From the NCBI GenBank assembly GCA_047967505.1, contig CM106538.1: DNA of 64,000 bases; one strand, given 5' to 3'. This DNA comes from Dipteris shenzhenensis (taxonomy: Eukaryota). The stretch's first letter is position 1; every line of letters begins with the position of its first letter. Below, piece after piece: positions 26,638 to 41,600 of the stretch. A model generated the notes under the pieces. That model saw only the letters and a list, made by a program, of their open reading frames with translations, searched no databases and was not told the DNA's origin. The translations under genes and the position numbers were made by a program.

Positions 26638-29600
26638 AGATACACACACACACGTATGTGTGTGCGTGCGTGCGTGGGAGGGCCATCAACATCTCGATCT
26701 ACCCCCCCTCTCTCTATCTCTTCTTCCCTAACCGCCCACCCCTCCCCATCTCTCTCTCTCTCTCTCTCTCTGCCCCTAGAAATAGAGAGAGAGAGAGACA
26801 GAGAGAGAGAGAGACTCACACACATCACACTGAGAAGGAGAGAAAGGCACAAGAAACTGCAAGTGATCTCTGGAGAAAACCCTGCTACAACTGGGGGAAA
26901 ACCTCTGCACAAACAGGCTGCTCGAGAGCTCCATTGGACAACTCAACAACCACAACAACTAGAGGCATAAGGAGTGGATGGACTGCTCCACAACCCTGCT
27001 CCTGAAGTGCTACACTCAGTGTAACCAAAAAACATGTTTCTAGCATGCAAAACACCTAGAAAGGTTTCGTCTAACGATTCTAGACGGAACGCTTTGCTGA
27101 AACAGGCGAAACGCCACTACATTGGGCGAAACACCTTAGTACAAGTTGTCACCTATGTCTTGACTCTTTTTAGAGTGCTCAATGTGTATATGTGTATTTG
27201 AGAGCTCTTTTGAGAGAGAGAGAGAGAGAGAATCTGAAGATAATTATTTATGTTTTACACATAATTCATTTTTTAAAAAAAATTGTAAACCCATTTCTAG
27301 ACAAAACGCCTAGCAAAATCTATAAACGTTTCTTGTGACATTGGCTACGACCCTTGCTGCCCTATAAGCAAGGCTGGCAATCAGCCCTACTGCAAGCACA
27401 TAGGAGGCTGCCTACCCACCTCCACTGGCATAAAAAGGGTGCCTCCACATCCAATCACAATGGCATGAGTACGAGCCAACACGGGGCTAATATCTATCCT
27501 CACGGGGGGGGAAACACCCACAACACAAGGCCTCACTCATCTACCCTAGCATCTCACTGGGCGAGCACACCCACAAGCAAGCACACACTCATCTACCCTA
27601 GCCTCTCATTCGGCGGGCACACCCACAAGCAAGGCACTCTCTCTCTAGGTGACATCAGAAGATGTTGACCTCTAACACCCCCTCTCAGTTCCTGGCTGGA
27701 ACAAGGACACCAAGGAGCTAGGTGTGCCGCTGGAACAACTGGAGGAATCCATCGTGTGATACTCCAGCTGAAGACCGCCATAGGTACGGTCGAAGAAGCC
27801 CCCTCTTGGCGCAAACCGCCTCAGCACGATCACTGGAAACCTGGAGCTATTGCTCTTAAGCTACGAGTGCTAGGTACACTCCTCTCGTTTGGTAATGGTA
27901 CATTGAGTTATCTGATACAACAATCCAATTGCTGAACTGGTCCCTGACTCCAACAGAAGGTACTAAAACAATAATCCAGCTGATATGCCACCGGTGCAAG
28001 GTCTGCTTCCCTGCATGGGCACCTGTATCACAAAGCTAGATAGCCCCTCTGAAGTCCCCTTTCAAGTCCAAACTGGTACAATGTCGCCACATCAATAAAC
28101 TTCAGTGCTCCAATGATAACAAGCATATAACAGCTCACAAGGATCAATCAACTGTGTCTGCGTTCACACTAGCAATCTACTGACATATCCGGATCTTCAG
28201 CAACATCAGACAATAGTTGCACTAGAACACTAGCAGACCCCCTCTGGATCTGCCAAGTCATAACGTCCAAACAGAATACAAACTGATAACATACTGCCAC
28301 CTGAGTTAAAGGGAACAACGTGGTCCTACCTGAAAGCCTACCTCGATAAAGGACTCCCTACTCGATGCACCTAATTGACAGGTTCTGCTGACACAAACAA
28401 GCAAGCAATACTCTATCTGGATCCGAAAAGCCTGCTGGTAGCGCCTACCTCATGCTACTAGTAGGCTGGAGTATACGTGGTCACAATAGTAACACTATTA
28501 GTCAACTGGTTTTACTGGGCTCCTCAGCATTCTTTTGGGGACACTACCGCCGCCAATAATGATCTTATTGGCCACATCGATTACATGTACGAGATGCCTT
28601 GAGTGCTTCTGTTGTCAATATTTCTCCCAAGTGCAGGTTCCGAGGGTGTTGGTCACCTACAGCCGTGTCGTTTCTCGTTGTAGCATAGGTGTTCACAAGT
28701 GTAGCATAGGTCCTCAGGTCGTGTTCCGGTGAGAGGTATAGGCTAAAGCGTGGAAAGCAGATCTCATGCGCGCGTGGGTGAGAAAGAGGGCTCGATCATA
28801 ACGATTGATGGAGGCTCTCGCCTCCATGAGAGTTCAAGGGGGGGTGAAAAGAGAACAAAGTGAAGAGAGCTATCTAGGAGTTCCAGGGTTCAGAGGGGGT
28901 TGCAGAATTTAGGAGTCCAAGGTTGAGGAGTGGAGACCTAGTCTCCTTCACAGTTTCGAGGGGTAAGGATTGAAGAAGAGCGACAAGGAAGGAGAAGGAA
29001 GAGGGAGGAGAGAGAAGAGAGAAGGAGGAGGGAGAAAGAAGGAGAAAAGAGAAGGGAGGAGAAAGGAGGAGGAGGAAGGAGGAAGGAAGAGGGAGAAGGA
29101 GAGGGAGAAGGAGGGAGAAGGAGTAGGGTAAAGTAGAAGGGAGAAGGGTGGAGGAAGAGGGAGGAGGAGGAGGGTGGAGGAGGAGGGTAAAGAAGGGTGG
29201 AGCAAGAGACAGGAGGAGGGAGAAGGAGATGGTGGAGGAGGGAGGAGAAGGGAGAACAAGGATAAGGACATGCTAGAACACGATAGTGTAAGAGAGCATG
29301 GACGCAATGGAGATCAATCACATAAACACAATAGTGAGCTTGAACACTGAACCCCAAAGAGCGGGAGCTTCATTCCATTGAGAGAGATTTATACATATTG
29401 GTCTCTATACAATCCATAGGTACCTCCGTGGTGGGACCTCTTTTGTAGGAGACCTTTTGGACAAGAGTCCCTCTACTTTTGGGAGGGACCTTTTGGGTCT
29501 CTACACAAAGTGGGGGGACCTCAAAAAGTGTAGACTTTTAGTATTTCTCTCTCTAGATTTAGTCTTTCTCTCTCTAGATCTTGATTTTACAAGTATGATT

Positions 29601-32600
29601 GAATCTTTTCTAGTACGGATTTTGGCTATCCTCATCCTTTAAGATTCATCATACCATCTTTCAAGCTCAAGATATTACAAGCGGAGCTTTGCAGCTACTC
29701 TACACACACAATCCTCTCATCGTTGTTGTCCTAGAATGCGCTTCTGGCCCTTGTTGCCACGAGGTTAACAACTCCCCTGGACCGATTTGATTACCCGTCC
29801 TTGGATTATGGTTGAGTCTGCAGACGATGTTATGCTGCGGTTGCATTTACCCAATGAGTATGGTAAAGATGGCGGCGGTGATAGATGGAGCAAGCTTGTT
29901 ATCGATCTTTTCCTTATAATCCACGAACATCGTAGATTGCTTGCTCAATTTTTAAGAAGCCAGTGTCAACTATTTCTTCAAACAAACACACATAGCGCCC
30001 TTGAAGAGATATGGCTCTTTGAAAGAGGCGACTTGTTGTCTGAGTATTTATTTGTTGATTCGGATTGAAGATGAGATTGGGCAAATGGTCATCAATCGTG
30101 AGGGACACCTCCAGGATTACTGCTAAGGCTTCACTGTATTTTGCACTTTCCTTGAGTGTTTTGTCATAACTGTGTGCATAATTGATGCATGTTTGGTGTT
30201 AGAAGAGAGAGAGAGAGAGAGAGAGAGAAAGATGTATTAACATCCGCAGAAGACCTCATGGGCCTATGGGACAAGGTACAAAGTAAACCAAATGATTATC
30301 TCATACAAGCCTCAATGGGCTGGAGCAAAGGCCGCACTAAGGCCCTTGCTGAGTGCTAAGGCTGCTCAACTGAAAAACTGATAGCTCTACAGAGCTCAAT
30401 GGCTCAAGCAAAATCGGGTATAACCCAGAGACTAGCAACTATTTGAGAGTTGTAGCATGCTGAGATATGAGGCTCAAGCTGAGAAGCCAAAGCCCGACAC
30501 CATGGTGGCTCGCCTGTGAGTGGTGAAATGTCTCGGATCTGCGTCTGTTGGGCTGTGCCATGCTGTGGTGGCGGAGCAGGACGTGGTCTCCTCGATCTCT
30601 GAACCCGCTGGGCTATGTTCAAAGTAACCCCTCGCCTCGGGCGGTCTCCTCTAAGGAAAGCTATGATAGGACAAACCTCAATACAGTGTGCTCTGGTTAT
30701 GCTCTGGTCACTCTCCGTGCTGCAGGTGGTCTCTACATCCCTCTCTCGGTAATCCAGGCTGCCCGAATGTCAAGTATCTCCTCCACCTCCACCCTGATGT
30801 GTCCTAGAGCTAACTCAAATGCATAGAAGTCTGTGACATGGCGATGTGCTTTGTCAACCTCCCTGTCCTATGCTCTGATCGCCTCTTGTTGCTCTCTGAT
30901 CTGTCATAGTAGGGTCTCCCTATGTCGGCGCATCTCAAGTAGATATAGCAAACCTGATCCTAGAGATGGATCAATCGTGAGAGTGGGCCGAAGCCACTCC
31001 CCTCTTGGTAGAGGCAATGGTATCGCCCCCCAATCTCATAGTAGACTGGGCAGACACATAAAAAGTGCTCCTCTGTCTCAGTCACTCCTAGTGTGCAAAG
31101 CATACATAGCCGCTGCTCCCTGGGTATGCCTGCTGCTCTCCCCGTCTCGATCCTCAGCTGATGAGATGAAACACAGATCTGTCCAATGGCAATCCTCAAT
31201 GCATGCGAGACTCCTCTATCCTCTAGATACTGGGGTCTGATGATGAATCGCTCCTCCGATACTCTCAGGAAGTGGTTGCGGTAGAACTGGGACTTGGTGG
31301 GGAGCTCCTAGTCTCCCCCCCAAGTCCGAGATGTATGGAGCTGAAGGAGATCTAACCATAGATACCTATGTTACTCCGTTGGTCTTCTCAGCTCTTTCGT
31401 GCAAACACCTAAGAAGACTCATTGGGACGCTGGTCTTCAATTCTTCGGTGTCTTCAGGGGTCTTGCAATCGTGGGTTGTTCTATCAGTCCAGACAGCATT
31501 CCAGGATCCAGCTTTCAGGTTGGAGTGACTCCGACTGGGGAGGTGATTCCTCATGGCCTTTGGTTGCCAACTTTCTCATGTGGAGAGGAAAATGAATTGC
31601 CTTTATGCTTGATCCAATATGATTGTTCCTTTTCCACACGGGAACTTTTGTGCATCATGTCAAAGTTCTAGGTGAGACTGAAGGGGTGATCAAACGTATC
31701 AGAGTAGGAGGGGCTTGCAAGGTAGTCGGCTTCTCATAAAGGCTCTAGATTCCAAATAGGTTGGTTGACGAGTGATTGTTTGTTTTGCTCTTGAGGACAG
31801 TCATAATCCTGGAGTTAACGTTGTTCATGGTGGCCACTAGTTGACCCTAACAACTGACTATTGGTTCGCCCACTAGCTGGCCCTATCAATTTACTGATTG
31901 TTCACCCACTAAAGGTTCCATGATAGCTCTATCCTTATGTGCAACCTACTTATGCCATGATGTCCCAATAGTATGCTCACAAATGAGCCTCACAAATGCA
32001 TCAAAGTATAGGAAGCAGTCCTATGCAGCTTATCGATAATCTCCGCCCATGAGTGCCTGCTTTGTAGGTTTGCAATCTCTACACAGATATCATGATTCTC
32101 TAGATGCTAGGAGTAAGTAACGGAACTGACAAAATCATGAAATTGCATACCAGCCTTAACCAGAAATTTCACAGAAGGCCCGCTAGGGCACTTTGACATC
32201 CATAAATATAGGTCTTTCTTCTTTCTGCACTGGAAAAGACACATCATCATAATTGATTAAAAATAGGTTTTAATACCAAGAGACATCTCTATGAAATATC
32301 ATTTGTATTCACAAAAACAATATCTACTACCATATCTTCATCCCTTGCCTACCTCAAAGAACAAGCAGCTTGTGCAACCCTTCAGGTCTACAAGTTCATT
32401 TAATGTAGCAGCTTTGTTGTCCCTTGCTTGAACTTTGACGTCCTTCTTACTGTGAGGCAGAAGCCCAACTAAATCCATCATCAAATGGCGGTACCTGCAA
32501 TTCAGCAAAATCACATCTGCTGTTATACATTCACTAAGCTTCATCCAGATCAGGAGCTTGGCTATAAAATAACAAAACTATATCACCTTTAAAATGGTTC

Positions 32601-35600
32601 AGGGTCCTTTCCCTTCTTGAACATTTCCTCAGAAAAGCCAAGCTTATTTTCCAAAAATGTGAATCTAGAAGGTGGCCTTCTCACACAAAGAAGAAAACAA
32701 TAGCATCCGAAATTCCATTCACTATTCATACCTAAGATCATCTCCATGGGTGGTTTGTCAGAAGCACCAAAACAAAATTCAAGGCCCTACCCTGATGAAG
32801 AGCCCTATGCTAACACAAGAATCAATCCTAAGACAAAAAACGGATATAGACGTATCAAAACACTCAAAATTTTGGCTCAAGTTAAGGTTCCACCACGTTT
32901 ATCAAAGCTTGCATTCAGGTTACTCCCTTTCCAATAAAGAACGCATCTTTTACAATTAGAACTAGATTCCTAGTCTATCTTGCATACTCCTCTATACCCA
33001 ACTGTCCACGTCTCTACACACTCCCAATGGTAATTATTATTCTTTCCATCCTAAATGACAGTTTTGGGAAGCTGTTTTCCACCCATTATTGGCTCCTTTG
33101 TCTCTCCCATTAGAATTCCATGCATAGCTGTCCTATACAGCTTTGTAATGCTCTCTTAAGTTGCCTTCCTTCCATGGTGGTGGAAATCTTGGAATCCTGC
33201 TGCTGCAGCAGAGATCCTGTCACTTATACCTGTGGCTACTGCTGTAGCTTGCTAACCTTCCCTGCAGACATTTCAGGCAAGTAACTTAGTGCAGCTTCCA
33301 TCAGTGGCTGCTGTTTATGCAGTTCATCCAACCTCATTTGCTTTATATTTTGTGTGGAAACTGGGCAACATTAGGCTGCAACAATCGTGTATGCACAGGC
33401 ACTAAATGCCTGGCTCAGATAATCATCCAAGATAAGAGTAAATGCAAAAGTAATGACGAGAGATTTTGGAATCCTCCCCAAGCAGTAAGCATGATAAGTG
33501 AAAATTTAAAAAGTAACAACATCAGATTTTGAAATCTTCCTAAGTGGTAGGCATCCTTCACGTAGCTCTCAATGTCTTCATGGCATGCATATGAAAGCAA
33601 AGAGAGACGGAGTTAGTTACAACTTACCCCTTGGGGTTAGGGGTAGGGCTAGGGTTAGAGTTAGGGTCAGGGTTAGAGTTGCCCCATGTCCCCTTCTAAG
33701 GTCCTCTTTAAGTCTTACTCTAATGCAATTTACACCATTCTCTCTTAAATTGCACTGCATCTACTATCGGTCCTATTGAGAAAGTTACATTATTTAAATC
33801 TTAAAAGAGGATTTAAGACACATAGTTCAAAACAACAGATTCTCTTCACAAAAAACGGTCTCTATTGATCCTATGTAAAAGGAAATACTTCCAATCGAAC
33901 TGTTCTACAATGATTCTGAGTTCAAGAAGCACGTTAAACCAGCCATAAACCCTTCCACACCTAGACACAATTTAATGCCTCATCATCCCCATACCACCAT
34001 GACATGCTATTGGTGTCTAGATGGCTCTTCGAATCCTTCAAGAAATTGACAAATCAGCCATACCTCATTTTCCATTATACTGAACTCCCTACCTTTAATC
34101 ATGAGTGTTGGAATGAAACAAAATAGGAACAAGTCCAATCATCCCTTTCAGACCACTCAAGTTGTCCATGATCACTTGGTAGAATTTCAGTATTATTACC
34201 AAAATTCCAAGGTATTTCCCTCCAATATCCACGATGAAGACTTACAATTACCCTATGCTCAACTTACAGCATTGGTAATTCATCCCCTTGCAAGACTTAC
34301 AAAATTTGCCAGGAGTCAAAGGCTTATTCATCTATATGATATTATAAGTTTACTACCAGTTGAATCTCCTTAGTGTTGGAAAGGTCACCTCCCCATCTGT
34401 AAGCCCCCAAATGAGAAGAGCGTGGGGGAGGGAGACCTAGGGCAGAAGATGCCCAGAGAAGAGAGAGGGAGGGGGACTGCCACATGGGCAGCACCTCACA
34501 CAAAGCAAGAAGGGTACCTGGCAAGTCGTGAAGCTCCTCATGTACAGGGCAGACACATGGACATCAGGGACCTGCAGCAGCCTGATTGCGCAGGGATTTC
34601 CAGCAAGGACAGACGGCGCAGCAGTACGGAAGGGTACGGTATGCATACGTGGCTGTACGGGGCTGGTGAAGGCCAGGCAGGAGGCAAGGATGCTGCAGCA
34701 GGAAGGCGCCTGCATGAAGAAAGATACGGGGCAGATGGCAAAGGCTATGGGCGGGAGTACAGCCTGCAATAGGGTCTCCAGCAGCAGCAAAGGGCAGCCT
34801 AGCAGCAGCCCAAAAGGGCCTGGCTAGGGCCTTATATAGGCTGGGCCCTTGCCTAGATTGGAGGGCCAAAATCCCTAAAAGTATGGGCCATAAAGGCCTA
34901 GTTTTGTGAGCCCTTAAAGGGCTGGACCAGCAGCAGACTGGTCGGCCAGTCTGCCCACCTAGGACCTATATCCAGGAGGTGAGAGGGTGCTTAAAGGGCT
35001 GCAGACTTGGCCAGGAAGAGGCTGGACCTTGGCTGTCTTCTAGGGCGGCAAGGTGCTGAGATCATCATCTTCTGGAGCAGCCATTCACAAGCAGGTTGGA
35101 GCAGTGGAACAGGGACCTGTGTGCTGCAGACAAAGCTTGGCAGGGGCTGCCTACCTAGGCTGATTCACAGGCAGTAAGGTGGAGAAGAACACACTGGACG
35201 GAAAGTCTACAGACGCTCGAGGTGGAGCACGCGGGCTCGAGTCTAGAGATAGCCAGCAAATAGGAGAAGGACCTCGTGGTAAGATCAGCGGACCACACCA
35301 TTGGTGGGACTCTGGATCTCTCTCTTGTATTGTGTCCATAGTTTTGGACGGAAATATATATATTGGTGGTTTCTCTACCTGGCCGGTTCATTGTCTATTG
35401 ATGAGTCTGCACATCTATTGAATGCACATAAGTAAAGAAGTTTGTGATTCCACACCCCACATGCACACTGTGTGAGCTCCCGGGCATTACTATAAGTCTT
35501 CCGCTGCGTGTACCCTCTGTTGGGTCATTTCTAACATGGTATCAGAGCCCAAGTAGGAGGCTCACAGGTGTGGGAGCCTGAAGGCAGGGACCTTGCTGAA

Positions 35601-38600
35601 GGACGACCCTGATTCAGAAGCTCTTGGGAATCGACTTCCACGACTGGAGGATTGTGCCCTTGCGAGAAGGAGGGTGAATCATGTTCAGTCAGGTGCGTTT
35701 AAAGTTTGCGGTCCAAGTTATCTGGAGATGTACTTTTGTTGCAGACCTTGCCAAAGGAAGGACGGGTTGAAACAGACCCTCAGAGCATGGTGCCTCGAAG
35801 ACTCCAGGTTATTCACTCATTATGAGGGGGACAGCTGGAAGATCGTGGAGGTTGCGTTGCTCGAACTCGAAGGCAGGAATGTGACGGAAGGGGGTGGTGC
35901 CAGGAGGTGCTACTAGAGATGGACCTGTGTACCAGGATGGTGTGCGGAAGCGGAACCAGACCTGGTGGAGCAGGAGCCACTGGATGAAAAGCCAAGAAAA
36001 GATTTCGACACCGAAAGGTTCCAGAGGACTACGACCAGGGAGTTACTGGCGCATCGTCATCGACGTGTTGGCATTGGGCCGAGATGTGTCGGTGAGAGGG
36101 GGTGTTGGAAAGGTCACCTCCCCATCTGTAAGCCCCTAAATGAGGAGAGCGTGGCCTGCCAAAAGTGCTTCAAAACACTTACAAAAAGGCAGTGTGAACT
36201 GAAACCTGCAAAATTGCTCTCCCAACACAAAAGCCCCAATTTGTGGCTTGAAATTGCAACCAGAAAGGGGCAAATGGTCTAAAAGCCCCAAATGTTGCAC
36301 AAATTGCTCTCTGCCTACAAAAGCCCCAAATTTCACTGCAAAATTGCAATGTGATTGCAAAAGCCCCAAATTTTTGCAATTCTCTACAACAAATGCAGAA
36401 GCCCCAAATTTAAAAAAATTCCCAATACACAAAATGTGTCCAAATCTGCCGACAAAATGACCTGCAAAGCAAAAATATGCCTCGAATTTGAATGGCTCCT
36501 TGCAAAATGCTCCTACAAGAAGACCTTGAATGCACACAGAGGCTTGAGGAGACAGCTAATGACACACTCCGTACAAAAGTACGGAACTGTACGGAATGTA
36601 CAGTCATGCTGTACAACTGTACGGAATGTACAGTCATGCTGTACGGACAGGTACCCTCTTGTGTACGGACTACTGTATACGACAGCTATACGGAACAATG
36701 TCTGTACGAACAACCTATTAGCTGGCGCTATTGGAAGCTTGTACGTACAAACAATTACAACAGGTCGGCCTGCTGTACGAATCACGTGCGTAGTTAGCGG
36801 CTGTAGCAAGTACGGATGCCGATGGCAGCGCGTGCAGGTACGGACAAGCGTACGGCACTTGCAGGCGATGGCACTGTCAGCGCGTGCAGGTACAGACAAG
36901 CGTACGGCACTTGCAGGCAATGTACGGTTGTACGGGCGACGTGCTGTACGGGGATGTACAGACAGATCTGACGGGGCTGTACTACGATCTAAGGAGCTGT
37001 ACAACGATCTCAGAAGCTGTACGGTAGTGCAGAAACTACAGTCCGTACAGATTTATGGAGGACTGTACGGACGAAATCTGCAAGCAGCGATCTGTTGTTC
37101 TTGGAGCAGGGAGCAAGGTCAACCTGCTCTCATACCAAATGTGAGTTGCAGAGGGAGAGAGAGCAGAGTGTAAGAGCAGGAGAGCAAGAAGGTAGTAAAG
37201 AGCTGAAAGCAATAGTTGCAATTGAAGAGTGTGTTACAACTGAAGAGTGGGATAGGTTTTGTCTAAGTGACAAAACCTTATCCTTCACTAACCGTAGTTA
37301 GTGAACTGACTGTGGTTAGGGGGAAAAACCTCTAAATGAGAGAAAAGTGCCCCTAACCTACTTATTACATTACATTGGTCACTGCTAAATTATAACAATA
37401 ATTCTAACAAAAAGCCCTAAAAGTATGGGCCATAAAGGCCTAGTTTTGTGAGCCCTTAAAGGGCTGGACCAGCAGCAGACTCGTCGGCTAGTATGGGGCT
37501 GCCCCGTCCATTTTCTCAGCAGGCCTTAGGGCCTATAAAAGGAGAGGCTTGTGGCCTCATTTCTCATCCAGCATAGCCAGCAGTTCCAGGGCAGAAAGGA
37601 GCAGCAGGGAGCCTACTCTCTGGGCCTATCTATAGGAGGTGAGAGAGTGCAACAAGTGCTGCAGACTTAGCCAGGAAGAGGCTGGACCTTGGCTGTCTTC
37701 TAGGGCAGCAAGGTGCTGAGATCATCATCTTCTGGAGCAGCCATTCACAAGCAGGTTGGAGCAGTGGAACAGTTATCTTGGAGCCTACATTCAGGAGGAC
37801 CAAGGGGACCTGTGTGCTGCAGACAAAGCTTGGCAGGGGCTGCCCACCTAGGCTGATTCACAGGTAGTAAGGTGGAGAAGAACACACCGAGCTTGAGTCT
37901 AGAGATAGCCGGCAGATAGGAGAAGGACCTTGTGGTTAGATCAGAGGACCACACCATTGGTGGGACTCTGGATCTATCGCTTTTGTATTGTGTCCATAGT
38001 TTTGGACGGAAATATATAAGTTTTGGTGTCTTCTATATCTGGCTGGTTCATTGTCTATTGATGAGTCTGCACATCTATGTGACACACATTAAGTAAAGAA
38101 GGTTGTGATTCCACATCCCACACGCACACTGTGTGAGCTCCTAGGCATTACTATAAGTCTTCCGCTGTGTGTACCCTCTGTTGGGTCATTTCTAACATGG
38201 TATCAGAGCCCAAGTAGGAGGCTCACAGGTGTGGGAGCCTGGAGGCAGGGACCTTGCTGAAGGACGACCCTGATTTAGACGCTCTTGGGAATCGACTTTC
38301 ACGACTGGAGGATTGTGCCCTTGCGAGAAGGAGGGTGACTCAAGTTCAGTCAGGTGCGTTTAAAGTTCGTGGTCCAGGTTATCTAGAGATGTTCATTTGT
38401 TGGAGACCTTGCCAAAGGAAGGACGGGTTGAAACAGACCCTCAGAGCATGGCACCTGGAAGACTCCAAGTTGTTCACTCATTATGAGGGGGACAACTGGA
38501 AGATCGTGACGGTTGGATTGCTCGAGTTCGAAGGCGGGAACATGACTGAAGGGGTGTTAGAATTATAGATATAGTTCAGCAGTGACCAATGTAATTTAAT

Positions 38601-41600
38601 AAGCTAGTTAGGGGCACTTTTCCCTCTTTAAGAGGTTTTTTCCCTAACTGCAGTTAGTTCACTAACTATGGTTAGTGACTACTAAGGTTTTGTCACTAGG
38701 ACAAAAAGCTTTCAAGCTTTCAGCTCTCAGCTCACTCTCTCTTGCTCTCTCTCTCTCTCTCTCCCCAAATCTCACATTTGGTATCAGAGCAGATCGTGCT
38801 CGAGGACCTGCTCTTTGCTCCCGGACTCTAGCTCCTGCGAGCTCTCTTTTGCTGCTTGTACTTTCGTCAGCTGCAGTCTCGTCGCCCGTACAGTGCCGTA
38901 CATTCCGTACAAGTCCATACGGACATGCTACTCTAGCACCTACGTATCTGCACTAACGCCGTACCAGAATACCTGCAATCAGTTTGCCGTATCTGCTTGT
39001 ACCTGCGTCTGACTGTACAGCAAGAACTGCTCGCACCTGACCGTACAGCAAGACCAGCGCCGTGTAGCACGTACTGCACATTCGTCACTGTACAGCCTGA
39101 AGGTACGTACGTGTCTACGCCGTACGCATGCCCCGTCTGTACCTGCGACCGTACGAATCGCCGTCCATACCTGCGAACGTACGATTTGTCGCCGTACCTT
39201 CCGTACGAGCGATGTACCTGTTGTACCTGCTACTACCATACCTGCGCGTACACACCGTACAATAGGTCGTCGTACCTGTTTTCGTACAGGTCCTGCTTCA
39301 GTACAATTCGTCATACATAACTGCACCGTACATCAGTACTTCTCCGTACATCCCGAATATGCTCGTCTGTACTCATTGTACCAGCAAACATCTACAGTCC
39401 TTTGCAATCATTTGGGTATTTTCAGGTTCACAGTTACTTGTGAAGCAAACATTGCAGACAGATCTGCAGATTTGGTCTGAAATTTGGGGCTTTCAATTTT
39501 GCAATACAATTTCTTGAAGAAATTTGGGGATTTTGTAATTACACTACAATTTCGCAATGAAATTTGGGGCTTTTGCAGACAGAGCACAATTCTTGCAACG
39601 TTTGGGGCTTTTAATCAATTTGCCCCTTTCCAGTTGCAATTTCGGGCCTATTTTGGGGCTTTTGTGTTGGGAGAGCAATTTTGGAGTTTTCAGTTCATAC
39701 TGCCTTTCTTGAAGTGTTTTGCAGCACTTTTGGCAGATTCTGGAGAGTTTTTGATGCTTGGACAGATTTCCGACAGTGCAAGTGCAGAAATCTTAGTTGC
39801 ATTTACAGCCAGTGCTTGGCTGTGTTTTTTGGGAGTTGTGCATTTCATTCCCAGTAAGGGAATTCAGTTTTGTATCTGCTTAAATCTCTTTCTCAGATAT
39901 GGCCCAGCAAAATCAGAATGACTTCCAATTCGGTGGTCTTTCACAGGAAGACAAGTTGGATGGTACCAACTACTCCCTCTGGAGTTTTATGGTACGCAAT
40001 ACTCTGATTTCTCGCAATTTATGGGATTATGTGAATGGGGGTGAGATCCGACCAGCAGGTATGGCACCTAATACCCCTCCTCAACAAGGAGGTGGAAGAG
40101 GTCGTGCACAGGGTGCAGCTACACAACATGTTGGTGGTGCAACTATAGCCACTACTCCAGAGTAGAAGAGATGGGATTCACGGGATGCCTTAGCTTTGTC
40201 ATGCATCTCTCTTTCAGTGAAAAGATTTATCATTCCCCGCATATCCGGTCGTGTAAGACCTCGAAGGCAGCATGGGATATCTTAGAAAGCATGTGCAGCC
40301 GGAATGATGCAAGGGTATCTTTCTTGAAAAGAGAGTTAAGTAATACACATATGGAAGAGGGTGACTCCATGTCAGTCCACCTCACAAAGCTACAGCATCT
40401 CAGACAGCAATTATTGAACATAGATGAGATTTTTCCTGATTCAGAGATGATTACTACCACTCTGAATTCTCTTCCTGAGTCTTATCTCAGCTTTCATACC
40501 TCACTGAACTCATCATTGAGGGGGGGTGCAAATCCTCTCACTTTTCATGAGTTGATAGGACTTCTGCTTCAGGAAGAGCAGACCAGGAAAAACTTGGCTT
40601 CATGTGCAAGTGAACAAGCTATGCTCTCAAAGTTTAAGTCAAAAACAAAGGGACAGGCAAAGACATCAGTAAATGAGCCTTCCAGTGGGTCAGGACAGCC
40701 TTCACAAAAGGCTAAAAATGATGCAAGTAAGCCCAAGAAGAAGGGTTTTTGTCATTACTGCAAAAAGCCAGGTCATCACATTACAGAATGCAGGAAAAGG
40801 CTTGCAAAAGAGAAGAAAAACAGCTCCGGTATGGCTGTTTCGGATTCAGCTCCTCATGCATCTGACAGTGGGGACGCTGCAGCCAACTTTGTTGGACAGG
40901 ATTATGCCTTTTTATCTTGCATTTCAGATTCTAGGCTGGCTGCTCCAAATGCTCGGGATAGTACAGCCACTTGTAATGATGATACATATGCATTTTTGAC
41001 TTACATATATACATATACCTAGATGAATCCAAGAACATTCCCAAACTCATCCTCTAAAAACACAACATAGTGCAGTTTCAATCTCATGATAGTCACTCAC
41101 AAGGTTGAAAACCATAAACTCCATCATGCATAGCAAGGACTAGCTACTATGACATCCCCACTGACGTCATCAGCGCCCAACAGTGGGTGTAGACCATAGT
41201 ATAAAAATATGCTCTCACACATACAAATCCACACACCCACACATACTTGAGCATCCATTTATACAAAGTCTTCGTACTGAGTTTCTGTCGGCACTCCGGA
41301 GGTGAAGGACAGACTCAGCCATGATGAAGGCTAGCACTAAAGGAGAAGGCTAATCAAAAGGTAGTCCAAAATCTCTTCATTCAAGCTACAACTGCTTGTG
41401 AAGTCTAAACATTTTCATTTTAGTCTCTCCCCAACGAGCAAAATCTAGCTGATAGGGCAACGCACCATTTAAGATAGAATTATCACAATACCAGCAGGCC
41501 GCAACTTGGACGAAAACTATGAAACACTGAACACTTGGTATTTTGACAGCGGTGCATCCAAGCATATCACTTCTACGAAGTGTCTTTTTACTTCCTTGCA

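Noticed and set aside
26104-27005. 227-aa ORF and overlapping ORFs
   Set aside because: Open only because of (CT)n/(GA)n tracts; intronic; no domain
34422-34869. ORFs repeated at 44264-44654
   Set aside because: GC-rich LTR sequence of element C; recurrence reflects LTR duplication
36355-37173. 272-aa ORF
   Set aside because: Antisense reading of the CGTAC-rich leader of D'
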